Assembly (NCBI GenBank): GCA_040285825.1
Contig: JAUPSS010000007.1
Span: 1,401,996 to 1,465,995, forward strand
Direction: 5' to 3'
DNA from: Eukaryota sp. TZLM1-RC
Lineage: Eukaryota > Protista > Metamonada: BaSk clade
Length of the DNA stretch: 64,000 nucleotides
The translations under genes and the position numbers were made by a program. Positions 1 to 11,864 of the stretch are shown here, piece after piece. Each line of letters opens with the position of its first letter. Within the stretch, counting starts at the first letter, position 1. Below the pieces are notes generated by a model. The model was not told the DNA's origin, did no database searches, and saw only the letters and a program-made list of their open reading frames with translations.

Positions 1-569
1 TGAGTTTCAGTTGGAACGGAGTCCATTGTATGATCAGGTTACTTTGAAATAATAACATAAACTGAATACCATGTTACCACTCTGGGATCAGATTCTTTTA
101 ACTTGTCCTGCCAAAAAAAATTCTTATAATGAAAAGATTGTCATACCGATTATTAATCCTTGTCTTATTTTTAGATTTTTTTTATATGCTAGAATACTCA
201 AGCACTACTATTTTAATCGCAAAAAGTTGGCATCTTTACGATGATGCATCTTTGACAATATTGATTTGGCTACTCCAATCTTCCCAATGTTAAATCTCAA
301 TTGTCAAACAATGCCAATGCTTGACATTGAAGTGTAAGCAACAAATAATAAATCAATTTAATGACTTCGTTCCAGCAGCTCCTTTTCTTTTCAAAATATA
401 CATTTCCAACGAAGAAATCAATAATTTTTTGTATGTTTATGTTATTATCTACATTTTTGAATTAGTCAGAAACAAAAAATGTGTTTTGCATTCAGATGAC
501 CGTTGCTTTCAATTTCTTTGCGGATTTTGTCTCCTATTCGGCCTGATAATCTTTTCGCGTAGATAAATT

Positions 570-1030
570 AGAAAATGTAGGAAGAATGTCACTACATCCC
601 TTTAATAAGTTATTTGTTCAACATGTACACTCAATAAAATTAAATCAAAACTAATGGGACGAGACCCATCAATTCAATTGTGATAACTTTTCTATTTTGC
701 GATAAGAAGTACTGATCAAGTGCTCCATCGGCTTTATTGTATTGTAAGTTCGACAAATTGGAATCTTTTCGGTTGAACCCTTGTTTTCTTCTCCTTTTGA
801 GTTTCTTTTATCTGGAACTTTGGGTAAATTTTTGATCATTTGATACAATTTCTAATTTGTTCGTCACAAATCGAATTACCATACAAAATTACTGGCAGTT
901 TTTCTTCACAAAAACAACCGAACAAACTTTAGCAGTAGTTAAACGGTATATGCCTCTTTAGCAATTTGATTACGTCATCATGTAATTAAATATCAGCATT
1001 TCTTTTAGTCTGTAGATAAACATAATTCAT
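570..1030 (-). repeat. Dispersed repeat, inverted diverged copy of 52450-52905 (unknown degenerate ORF plus a CRE-C 3' UTR piece)
   Basis: The reverse complement aligns by eye with 52450-52905 (e.g. tctacagactaaa, acatgatgacgt, ccaaagttccagataaa, gattccaatttgtcgaac, cgtcccattagtt). Confidence 0.8.
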
Positions 1031-1264
1031 GAATGCATTAGTATCACTACCATGTTTTACTAAAGCATTAAAACGTGAAGCAGTAAGCTCAGAAGCAAAA
1101 ACAACTTTCAATGAAACCAATTGTTGAAAACAAAAAGCTATATTATCTGCAATTTCAGGTGTCTTATTGCAGGCGATTTTTAAAATAAACGAAATTCTTA
1201 ATGGTCCAGCAGCTTTACCATTTTTTTTAAAAACTGGAATATTTATTGAGATAAAAATAACCAC

Positions 1265-3360
1265 CTAGAATTCAATATCCTCCAAACAAGCGTCACTATT
1301 ACTGAACCTACTCACAGCATTACGTTCATATTCTACACCAATAGCTAAAAGTGCCTTTGAAATCATTGTTGGAATAGACTTGAAAATGCAAAAAAACAAT
1401 TCTATTTAACCAGAAAGTGGAGTTCATTGTTTTACCAGACCTATTCAGTAACACTTTTTTAAAATTTTCCAAAAAGTGCAAGCCTGAAGATCCAATATTG
1501 CCAAAAAGAGAAATTGCAAACGGCACAAACTGATATTTCACATGTTCCACTCTACCTAACTGTGCCAAAGGTTCTTTATATTTTTTTATCTTCTTTTTTT
1601 CGGCGTTAGAACAACGGCGAGTCAGCGGAATACACTAAACGAGCAGCAGAATTTTTGCAAACATCCACTGAGACAACGTCTACAACATTGAGAACACCAT
1701 CGATCCCTGGAGCTACTAAATCTGCCCTTCTTTTACCAAAGGAATCATCAGTTTGATCTGAAGACAGCTTACGAACTAGTGGCTCAATAAATGCCTCTAT
1801 ATTGAAACTTTTGCACATGGCATATAATTTTTTTTAAAAAACTGGAATATTTATTGAGAAAAGATCACGAACTGAGTCATGAACAATTGAGCGATAAGTT
1901 ATAAAATACTTACAGTTTAAAATATGGGAAAGCGTAACAACACTCTTGCAGCGACAAATTAAATCATTTGGTAATGAACAAGGCCATAGAAAACATCTCA
2001 TTCTCATTGCAGTGGTCCATTGGTGATCATTGAGTAGAAGGCCATAAATGTTGGGTATTTGGGAGATTAAGCAACTTGAACAACTGTCTTCAAGATCAAT
2101 CAAAAAGTTTGCAAAAACGGGATTTTTTTCCTTAGCCAAGCTAAGACGTACAATATAATCCAAGTTTTCTAAAACTTTCAAGATTTTTTTCTGCAATTTT
2201 GCAAAAGTCAGTGGAAAGGAGAGCAAGCTTCTTGAAGGAAGTTCCACAATATCAGAGGGGAAACATTTAGTCCAAATATTGGGTGAAAGTGTTTCAATTT
2301 CCTGTTGCAAAGAAATAAGATAAGAGCTGCCACAATTTTCAATGAGATGAATTTTTTCAGGAAAACGATTCACAAATTCATAAATAAAATTCTTTCCACC
2401 TCCAATAAAGGCAGCTTTACAAAGGTAGCTTGATTTATGAAAATCAACACCACCAAAATTTGTACCACAAAAAATGTGGCTTCGTAACTGAGATGCATCA
2501 ATTTCCAATATTTTTGCTAAAAAATTGGTTCTTTGTTCATTAAAAATGCGACAAATCTCCAAAGAAATTGATGGTGATGTAGATCTCAAAATATGAGTAA
2601 ATTTTCCAGAATAACAGACTTTTAGGAAAAAGAATTTCAAATGTTTCTCAATATTTAAATTTTCTATTGATTCTAATTCATTTCCAAATTGAGTCAACAG
2701 AGTCGAAAGTTGGCCTTTCACTTCATCAATATTTCCGAGATAACAACCCAAAAAACGAAAACCAGACTGATCATAATTGATAAAGGGGACATTGACATCA
2801 TTAATGAAAAAATCAATTGGTTCATGGCCAATAATCAAACATTTGGAGATATTCAATGAGAGACCAATATCTTCATAACGCTGTTGAATAAAAGTTGCTA
2901 TTTGTTTCAGAATTGTAATAGGAGCAATTACAGAAATGTCATCCATGTATGCTGCAATATCTATTTCTGGGAATTTTTCTTTCAATTCGCACATTAATGG
3001 ATGAATTGCCAGACAAAAGAAAAAAGGACCAAGTGGATCACCTTGTTTAACACCTGAAGACGAAAGCAGGTCAAAGTTTTCATAGACCAATGTGGATGAT
3101 TTTCCATAAAATGAATAGAAAAAAGGCTCGACTTCAGGAAAATGCTTTTGCAGCAAAGGTAAAATGGAAGAACGAGATACAGAATTGAAAGCATTCTTAA
3201 AATCTAAATTGAAGATGTAATTAGAATCACTAGAATTAAAAAACACATCCGACGAAAGAGCAGCAGAAGAAGCACCATCAATTGTCCTGATTCCAAATTG
3301 AAACGGACTGAAAAATTCCTTGGCTTTTTTCCCAATTCTATTGAAAACAATCTTTGCCAT
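1265..3360 (-). pseudogene. RT-RLE ORF of CRE family A, disrupted by a 33-bp insertion and further stop/frameshift lesions
   Basis: ORFs 1834..3360 and 1606..1818 are in the same frame, separated by the insertion. The ORF continues via 1326..1568 to ...DACLEDIEF*. Confidence 0.85.
1830..1862 (-). mobile_element. 33-bp extremely 5'-truncated copy of the CRE-A 3' tail inserted into CRE-A
   Basis: tctcaataaatattccagttttttaaaaaa matches the element's own 3' end at 1221-1250. Removing it restores SVRDQLYAMC, compared with SVCDQLYAEC in the copy near 7590. Confidence 0.85.
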
Positions 3361-3427
3361 TTGGTAACCTTTTGATTAAGACAACAACTTCAGAAGCATT
3401 CAATGGATTATAAGTCCAAAACTCACA

Positions 3428-3654
3428 GAGGGATGACTAAGGTGATCAATTACTTTAGCCACTTTACATTACTTAAAGCAGATAAAGTATTTTAATTTCA
3501 TATTTTGAATCGCTTCAGTAATCCCCGATTGGGAGCTGTCACTATTTCATCTCACTTAAAACAACTTTACTGTTTTAAGTATGAAGTATAAAATACAGCT
3601 TAAAGTAAATCAAGTACTTTAATTTCACATAATCAACCACTTTAGTCATCCCTC
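3428..3654. mobile_element. MITE / non-autonomous TIR DNA transposon, 227 bp
   Basis: ~25-bp terminal inverted repeats GAGGGATGACTAA(G/A)GTG(A/G)T(C/T)(A/G)ATTA. Flanking direct repeat CTCACA at 3422-3427 and 3655-3660. No ORF. Confidence 0.85.
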
Positions 3655-4392
3655 CTCACAAATATTGGGTTTTGTACAAACAAAATTTTCTTCAGGATTG
3701 AGCTTCTTTGATTTATCAACTGTTTCAACAGTTGATTTAGCAATATCAGAGGAAAACAATGACTGAACTCTGGCACCGTACCTTCCTCGAAGACATAGTT
3801 TTATTCAATCGTTTAACTTTTAACATCGGATTTTGTTTATAGATAGCATTTTTGTTGACAAAAGATTTCTTTTTCGCAAAAAAATTTCCAAAAGCTAAAT
3901 ATGCCCCATTCATTATTCTTCTACTTACTTCTAAGTGAACGAAAATGAACAGACAATGGGATTGGAGAAGCAGGACTGACTTCAACAGGAATCTTTACTG
4001 GAGGTCTTAGAGTATCTTGTCCTTTACAGGGTCGAAAAAACAGCAATGGTCTACCGTGATTGACTTCATTAATGGAATTCTGGCAATAAGAACATGTATT
4101 AATATCAAAAATTTACATCATTGTGGCTCGAAGCTGAATTTTCACAATTATCAGACAAATGCAAGTTTTCGGACAACGATACTTCAAAACTGTTTGCATT
4201 GTGATAACTAGCTTGAAATTCTGCATTGTTGGACTCAAAAAAACAACTCTTAAGCACGTGGTTAACTGATTAAAATTTTAAAGCATTCATTTTATTGTAA
4301 AGTTTTGAAATTATATTTGTGTTGCACAACAGGGAAATTCTGGGTTGCCCCTTCGAGTTAATCACGCTCATAATCTAACCAAGTTAGAATAG

Positions 4393-5860
4393 ATGATTGA
4401 TGATCAGAGTAATGCTCGTGCTAACCGCATGTCAGGTTCAGATTCCTTGAATGATGATAGACCTTCCCCTTCGCGACCTACTGATGAAACACTGTCTACA
4501 CCACCTCTCCCAGCAAAACGTCTGCTAAGTGTATCATCTCTCGATGGGTCCTTTTTCATCAATCAGTATCAAGTCAGATCTCTCTTAGCAAATGGAAACA
4601 ATAATGTCCGCATTTATTGTGCTCGTTCACGGACCAAAGATGTTGCCATCAAAGTATTCAATACGTCCCTATTTGGCCATTCAAAATCAGAAGCACAAAG
4701 AAGTATGATTCGATCTGAAATAGCTATAATGAAGAAACTATCGCATCCTAATGTTGTTCCTCTGATCGAAGCAATCGAAGATCCTCAAAAGGGCAAGGTG
4801 TACCTCGTTATGGAATACTTTTCCAAAGGACCTGTTCTATCTGACAACCTCAAATCAATTGTTGCTGTACCACCCAATTTAGTATGGAGTTACTTTAGAG
4901 ATGCTCTTCTAGGTCTCGATTACCTGCATCAGCAAGGAATACTACATCGGTATAAACGTCGTTTCTCATGTTCATCTCAGTGATCTGAAACCCAGTAACC
5001 TACTTATTTCTCTCGATAATCGGGTAAAGATTTCTGATTTTGGATGTTCCCATCAACTCGAGCATAACGAAGATGATACGCTCAGAAGATCTACTGAGAA
5101 TTTTCAAGATTGCACTAGTCCTGTGTTTTCATCCCCAGAAATAGTAGAAGGTCTCATACAATGGAATGGCAAAGCTTCGGATGTTTGGGCTTTGGGAATT
5201 ACTTTGTATATAATGGCATTTGGAAAGCTTCCCTTTCATCATCCCTCTATACTTGAATTGTTTAAACTAATCTGCACTCAAAAACTTGATTTTCCACCAG
5301 ATGTTGATCCTCTGTTGCGGAATTTGTTAGAGCTCATGCTATGTAAGGATTTCACCCGAAGAGCCAGTATTAAAGAGATTAAGCAGCATCCTTGGGTAAC
5401 TGATGAGGGGCAGTGTCCAATATCCGATTGCCATTTTCCTCCAATTAGTGTTGATGATAGTGATCTTGATAATGCGGTACAGAAGTTGGAAAGCAACAAC
5501 ACAATTGTTCCAAAGTCTAATTCCCTTGTCCGTGTTGATAGCAGTAGTGAAGCCTCTCGCCGGAGTTCATTCATAAGTCGCACAGTCCAGTCTCCTCCTC
5601 GTTTATGTGAATCATCTCGGTCCTTCAAGTCTCGCGGTTCTTCTATCCTTGATATCTCCCTTCCACGCTCTCTTGATCTCTGTGAGAACCCTGATTTGCG
5701 AGTAGATACTTCAGTCACAGAAAATTTTTCTGTAGCAGGTGACTTATATGATTCTGATGTGAAGATGATCGACTCGGACCAATATGATTTCGTTTGTAGT
5801 TCGGAGGGTTCTGTCTATGGTCCCATATTTTCCTCAGATGAGGAATCTGATGTTTCCTAA
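4393..5860 (+). CDS. Ser/Thr protein kinase, CAMKK/SAK1/GRIK-like; two exons (4393-4949, 4981-5860)
   Basis: VAIK and EIAIMKKLSHPNVVPLIEAIEDP..VYLVMEY. Splicing gives HRDLKPSNLL, DFG, SPE, DVWALGITLY..FGKLPF and IKQHPWVT. Confidence 0.9.
4950..4980 (+). other. 31-nt GT-AG spliceosomal intron
   Basis: gtataaacgtcgtttctcatgttcatctcag interrupts the Arg codon of HRD. Removing it joins ORF 4393 to the frame of ORF 5123. Confidence 0.9.
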
Positions 5861-6924
5861 TTTGATTGTTGAAATTGTCTGTAGTTTTTGATTTTTTGTT
5901 TGCTTTTGTACATATTTATCAATTTTTGGTTAACATTTGTCAAATTATATCAACAATCAATTTGACTTAGTATCCCCGTTATGTGATCACAGCTTACTGG
6001 TTTTTAAAGGAACACAATATCTATGTTGTTCAAACCAATGAACATCAAAATCTTGATTTTCATTTTGCCAGTGGAACCACAATTGACCTAACAATTGATG
6101 AGACACAATTCAAATACCACAACCACAAAATTGACATTTTGCTGATTCATTAAAACAACGGGGAGAACACTTCACCATGGAGCAGACCATTTTACAGAAT
6201 AAAGCTAGTGATTTGATTCCGGTACTGTTGGTTTGTATTCTGTAGAAAGCTTGGTGCCAGTCAATTTTGTCATATATCGAGACTTGTTATTTATGTTGAA
6301 ACTTTTCATAGAAACTTATTCTTGTTTTGACACAATATATTTCGTATCTATTCTCACCATCTCGATTCCTATAAGACGAGCGATGTGTTGTTGTCTTTCA
6401 TATGACACATTATGATCAAATGTGTTACAAAGATACAGAGATATCATTAAGTTGTTTAAAAAGATTCTAACAAGGAAACCAGAAGAAGAAACCAGAAGAC
6501 TGTTGCTCTAGGCCAATGTTATCGAATCCACCACCTGAAAGAAGTGAAAATTGGATTTCGAAGACCACACCATGAGCATAGTTATTCAACAGCAGTTGAT
6601 ATTTGTAAAAAAAGGTCCTTGCTCGCAAAATATTTCTAGGAATTCATCATGGAGTCCCAAGGGACAAACATAAATTGGAACGTCGAATAGATAAGGAAAA
6701 ACAGAGAAGTTTGTATGTTGCCATGAGCGTCCAAGATGTTGTATTGTTTCATTTCCAGCAATCACAATTCAACTCTGAACAGTTCTACATTTTTCTACCA
6801 GTCCTGTGTGATCACAAATTCGGTCAGCCGTAAAAGGAACAAACTCCATGGTGGTTGATGATGAATGTAATAACCACAAACCGAACAACATAATTAAAGC
6901 TTTCATATACAATTATACATAAAT

Positions 6925-7545
6925 AACATTCATTCTTGTTTCTCATGAAAATTGTCGAGGAATTCTTCCCTCTATATGGATTCAGCCAATCAATTCTGTG
7001 TTTTCTGAGTTGGATTGTCCTGAATAGACCAATTGGTTTGATTTTGCTGATACACATGCGATATCCTATCTCCGCATTCAAGAATTAATATCAAATTTCG
7101 CAAACTGCCTAGATCAAAGCCCTTCTCACTGTGTTGATGCTGTTAGGCAGCAATTTCATGGGATATTTGGTTTTACTGTCTAATAATGATTATAGAAGCA
7201 GAATAATGTCGATATTTAAGAATCATATTATTGAATTTATGTAGATAGTCATAACTATGGTCATAAACTGCTTGATAGCACAATAAATAATATCACGGAT
7301 GGCTGAAAATTTCATTGGGAATAGTTTGATTCTAACAAACTCTGCCTCAATTGAAAAAAACCCACCTAACTTTTTCAGTTATCAGCACTGTCATGTTAAA
7401 ATGTTATTATGGAAATGTTGTCTGTTTTCAACGCCAGCAAAACATTCAACACACATCTAAACTCAACATCCTCAGTTTTCGTGTGGTCTTCTTCGTTACT
7501 AAATGATTTAATTTGTTGTTGCAAGAATGTGATTGCACATTTTTT
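6925..7545 (+). repeat. ~620-bp segment, left arm of an inverted duplication with 10410-11035
   Basis: The reverse complement of 10410-11035 aligns along its length (e.g. ggattcagccaatcaatt, gatagtcataactatggtcataaactgcttgatagcac). Confidence 0.88.
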
Positions 7546-8090
7546 ATTTTTTTAAACATTGAAAATTTTATAACTTATCGCTCAATTGTCCATGATTCGG
7601 TTTGTGACCAATTATATGCTGAATGCAAATGTTTCAACGTAGCGGCCTCTATTGAACCGTTAGTTCGTAAGCTATTTTCAGATCAAACCGGTGATTGTTT
7701 TTGTAAAAGAAGCGCTCCAGGGATGAATGGTGTTTTCAACGTTCTGAAAACTTCAGCTGCTCGTTCGGTGTATTTCGCTGATTCTCTCTTAATTTATGTC
7801 AAAAGAAAGAAAACCAGGAAATAGGATATACCATTGGCACAATTAGGTAGAGTTGAAAATTTGAAACATCAGTTGGTGCAATTTGATGATGTAAACTGTG
7901 ATTGGATTGATAACTCTGAAGCTACTGATGGCTTTGTCCTTGTCTCATGTAATGTTGCAAATAATCCTCTTGTTCACTGAAGAAAACTTAATCCAGGTGA
8001 GTGCTCTTTATTCTAAATCAGAAGAGAAACATAGAAATTATGATAAACATATCGAAGAAGCTAATGCTGGTAGAACTACACAATTAGTAT
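7480..8090 (+). mobile_element. Degenerate CRE RLE fragments (family A-like ~7480-7885, family C ~7886-8090)
   Basis: FITYRSIVHDSVCDQLY..IEPLVRKL matches CRE-A. CDWIDNSE..RRKLNPV..EKHRNYDKHIEEAN matches CRE-C. Confidence 0.8.
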
Positions 8091-8114
8091 TATGATATCT
8101 ACTTATGATGGATA

Positions 8115-8440
8115 CTTAGATCTTTTTGTCTGCTTAACGTTGAAATGGATGAAGTGTGATTTCTTCAAGATACGAATCAGAATCGTCGTGCTTTTCAGGT
8201 GTCACATAATTTTAGAGCAACGTATCTGGTATAGCTATGTTGCAAATCGAAGGAGTTTCCTTGTTTTGATCAAACTTTACATTTATTCGATAGCCCTATT
8301 GCTCAGTGGTCGTCTTCATCAGGTTCATGGACAATGTCAAAATCGAATTCAGATAGTAGCGGCAGCCATCTCCTCACATTTCTATTCTTCTTTGGGGCTG
8401 TAGCCAGGAATGCATCTTTTTGTGATCAGTGAAAATTGTT
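8115..8440 (-). mobile_element. Gypsy-1 family RNase H fragment
   Basis: The minus strand encodes TIFTDHK..AFLATAPKKNRNVRRWLPLLSEFDFDIVHEP..ETPSICNIAIPDTLL, homologous to 56350-56640. Confidence 0.85.
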
Positions 8441-8445
8441 TTGTT

Positions 8446-9255
8446 TTACACAAAGCAGATTGTGAAATTGATGGATGAATAGACATAAAAATATGTTAAA
8501 TGCATGTATTTGGAATAAAAATGAAGAAGAACAGAGAGCATTTGGTATAAGCGAAATAAACAAAACAAATAAAATCCAGATGCAACAACTATAACCAAAA
8601 CCATTGTAAATGTTAGATCATCTTTATCCAATTTCCAATCATCAAAGTCTGTGACAATGAATGTAGCAATGAGGAAAAGAGATGCAGAAATGATGGCATG
8701 TACATAAGGGAAATGGTTTGCCTCCTCTGGATCCTCATAGGTCCAGGAAAAAAATTTATCTAAAACAAAAACTGCAGATGGAAGATGCTTTGTTTTGAAA
8801 AAGTGACAACTAATGTTTTCAGTTCCAAAGAGAGGTCGGCAAACAGTGACAAGTGGAACAAAGGTGTGGTGATTATGGATCGAACATTCATTGCGATAAA
8901 TATTGAGTGAGGGGCGAATAGTAGAGACTGCAACAGTATGTTCCCATCCTATAACCATAGATATACCATTGTAACTGATTTTCACTCCGTCTGCTCTTAA
9001 ACTAAGTTGAATATCGAATTCATGCTGATCATCATATCTTCTGAAAAGAGTTAGTTCAAATTTACGCCAGTATCCAATACTTCTGGCAATTGGAGAACTA
9101 GAACGCATCAAATTTTGATGATAACAAGTTCCAATAGAGAAGGACATCTCAGGAGGGGACCATTTGGAGTTCACTGAGTTCAAGTAGATTCCAAATATAA
9201 CCATATAGATGTAGGTTACCAATATACTCCATAAAGTCAAACGATAGAAGTTCAT
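8446..9255 (-). CDS. Hypothetical membrane protein (N-terminal TM, Cys-containing loop, 2-3 C-terminal TMs)
   Basis: 269-aa intact ATG ORF in AT-rich DNA with hydrophobic stretches; no recognisable domain. Confidence 0.55.
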   Translation of the reverse strand: MNFYRLTLWSILVTYIYMVIFGIYLNSVNSKWSPPEMSFSIGTCYHQNLMRSSSPIARSIGYWRKFELTLFRRYDDQHEFDIQLSLRADGVKISYNGISMVIGWEHTVAVSTIRPSLNIYRNECSIHNHHTFVPLVTVCRPLFGTENISCHFFKTKHLPSAVFVLDKFFSWTYEDPEEANHFPYVHAIISASLFLIATFIVTDFDDWKLDKDDLTFTMVLVIVVASGFYLFCLFRLYQMLSVLLHFYSKYMHLTYFYVYSSINFTICFV

Positions 9256-9859
9256 TGAGAAGCCAAACCAAGTCTTATATTCCTACTGCCAAAAAACAGT
9301 TACTCTAATACGGAGTACGACAACACACTGTGGTAACTGTACACAATTCTGTGATGAATGAAAACAAACTTTAATCATTCTTTTCTGGGCAAAGGCTTGA
9401 CAGTTTGAATCTGTTGTTTTATATTATTAAAAGCCTGCATTTGCTTCACAGTTGCTTCTGGATTCCTATGGGAACATACTCAGTATATATGAAAAATTAA
9501 GACCACGATCAATTGAGAGCTTCTTGAATTCCACATGCCACAACTGCACACATTATGAAATAATTGAAATATCAAGTTTTTCTTTGGCCAGACCAAATCT
9601 TAATTTATAAGTCCACCTTTTTTTTATTGAACCAAATCATGTGGAAGCTTTCTCATGAAAAAAGGTCAAATTGAGAGTGATCGGTTGCTAATTTCTTGAA
9701 TATTTTGAGGAAAACACCGAAGCCAGATATCACTAGGCAAATTATCTAATTCAGATCGAAGTTGTTTAAGTAAAAATTTGATTTACCATGGATCAGAAGA
9801 ACATCATGTAAGAACATTTGGAAAAATTCACAAATATGATTTCCAAAATATAATTTAAC

Positions 9860-10050
9860 AAATAAGAATTTTACAGGGAATTTATGGAAAAATCGTATCA
9901 TTTTTGCTTTGTACAGAAGTGTTCCAAAGTACTTAAGTTTAATGATGTCCAAGCTGTATAAGGATTCATCTAGAGTTGGCGTGGAGAATTTTGTTTCTTA
10001 TGTGTTTTAATTTGTTTTGTTTTGTTTTGTTTCTTCGTAGAAAATAAATA
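9860..10050 (+). mobile_element. 3' end of CRE family D
   Basis: Near-identical to 25910-26090 (GNLWKNRIIFALYRSVPKYLSLMMSKLYKDSSR). Followed by a (GTTTT)n tract and AATAAA. Confidence 0.85.
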
Positions 10051-10409
10051 TATATTTAACAAATTTTAAACACAAAATATTTACCACCTCCCAAAGCAGC
10101 TGCTTTAGCCAAAAATAACTTATTTTAAAATTAATTAATTTTAGACAAAAGTAAAGCACGAAGTAAATCATCTACACCACGTGCCTCAGTATCTCACAAA
10201 TCCCCTATCTTCATTATGCTAAATAGTTTACGAAACTGTTGAAAGAAAATGGGAAGAAGTAGTGTTGTTGTTACTGATAAACTAACATGGTAGACAGATG
10301 AAAAATTCACATGATGACGGGGCACTTGTTCAAGAACAAGTATTTTTATTAATAAAGCTTTCTTTTCTTCTTTTCATCTTTGGTATTTCTGCCTAACGGC
10401 ATCAAAAAT

Positions 10410-11035
10410 AAAACATGTGCAACCACATTCTTGCAACAACAATTTAAATCATTTAGTAACGATGAACACCACAAGAAAATTGAGGATGTTGAGTTCTAGT
10501 TGTGTGTTGAATGTTTTGCTGGCGTTGAAAGCAGACAATATTTCCAAATTAACATTTTACAATGATAGTGCGGATAACTGGAAAAGTTAGGTGGGTTTTC
10601 TTCAATTGAGGCAGAGGTTGTTAGAACCAAACTATTCCCAATGAAATTTTCAGCCATCCGTGATATTAGTTATTGTGCTATCAAGCAGTTTATGACCATA
10701 GTTATGACTATCTACATAAATTCAATAATATGATTCTTAAATATCGACATTTTTCTGCTTCTATAATCATTATTAGATAGTAAAAGGCCAAATATCACAT
10801 GAAATTGCTGCCTAACAGCATCAATACAGTGAGAGGGGCTTTGTTCTAGGCAATTTGCGAAATTTGATATTAATTCTTGAATGCGGAAGTAGGATATCGC
10901 ATGTGTATCAGCAAAATCAAACCAATTTGTCTATTCAGGACAATCCAACTCAGAAAACACGAAATTGATTGGCTGAATCCATATAGAGGGTAGAATTCCT
11001 CAACAATTTTTATGAGAAACAAGAATGAAAGTAAT
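10410..11035 (-). repeat. Right arm of the inverted duplication with 6925-7545
   Basis: Reverse-complement similarity along its length. Confidence 0.88.
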
Positions 11036-11864
11036 TTATTGAGGTCCTCGTGTCTAAGTACAGAGTCTATGGCAGTGTCACTGACAAATATAGGTCTGGG
11101 CTCATTCAAATAGAGGGAATCACATGACTTTAATAGCAATTGACACGGATATGACAAATTGTGTCTGTCTGTCTTCGAATTCTACATCCACACCCAGAGC
11201 ACTGGCAGCGGTTCAATCCAAATTCAACTGCTAAAACAGCTGCATCATTGGAATACTGTACTTTGGACCGCGTGCCCGTACTGGTAGCAAATCCTGGTGA
11301 GTAGGGCCAGAAGTGGGTGTTCTATCCCAAGACCCATTCGTAGAATGGTCACCTGCTCTTATAGCTCGATTCGATGAGTCATTATCGATTGAAAGATAAT
11401 AAAGTTGCTTTGATGAACATAGTAGGAACAGTGTGAAAATCACTAGCAGTTTCATGTGTTGAGATGTGTATTTCGTGGTGTAATAGTGCAATATAAGGAT
11501 CCTGAAAAAACCAGCTCATTTAACACAATTGAATTTATGACATTGCAATATTATGAGGGGTATACATTATCAATTCACAAAATCAAATACAAAATACAAT
11601 CACCGCAGAAACTCAATTTGACCCAAAACTCTTCACTGGAACCAATTCAATTGATCCAGAAAGGGTAAATCAAGATATTCGAATCGAAAAAAGCATTTTC
11701 TATTGCAAGTCAATTGTTCTGTTGTGATTGAGCAAGTCACAAATGTTATTTATATCACATCATTTTAGGAACTTGATTCATTGGTTTTCACAATACCCCA
11801 ATTGACTTTTCCGGTTGTAGAACTATTTAGCTGTTGGTATTGTAGATAGGTAGACGTGTGCTCT

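Larger units (their letters stand above)
1221..3360 (-). mobile_element. CRE-clade non-LTR retrotransposon, family A, 5'-truncated (RT + restriction-like endonuclease)
   Basis: RT motifs QFGI, LDFKNAFNSVSR, GVKQGDPLGP, AYMDD and FLG. The RLE part has CxC..H..C, HDSVRD, EP, RADL and VPFAISLFG. Stop at 1265-1267, then AATAAA and an A8 tail ending at 1221. Confidence 0.92.
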
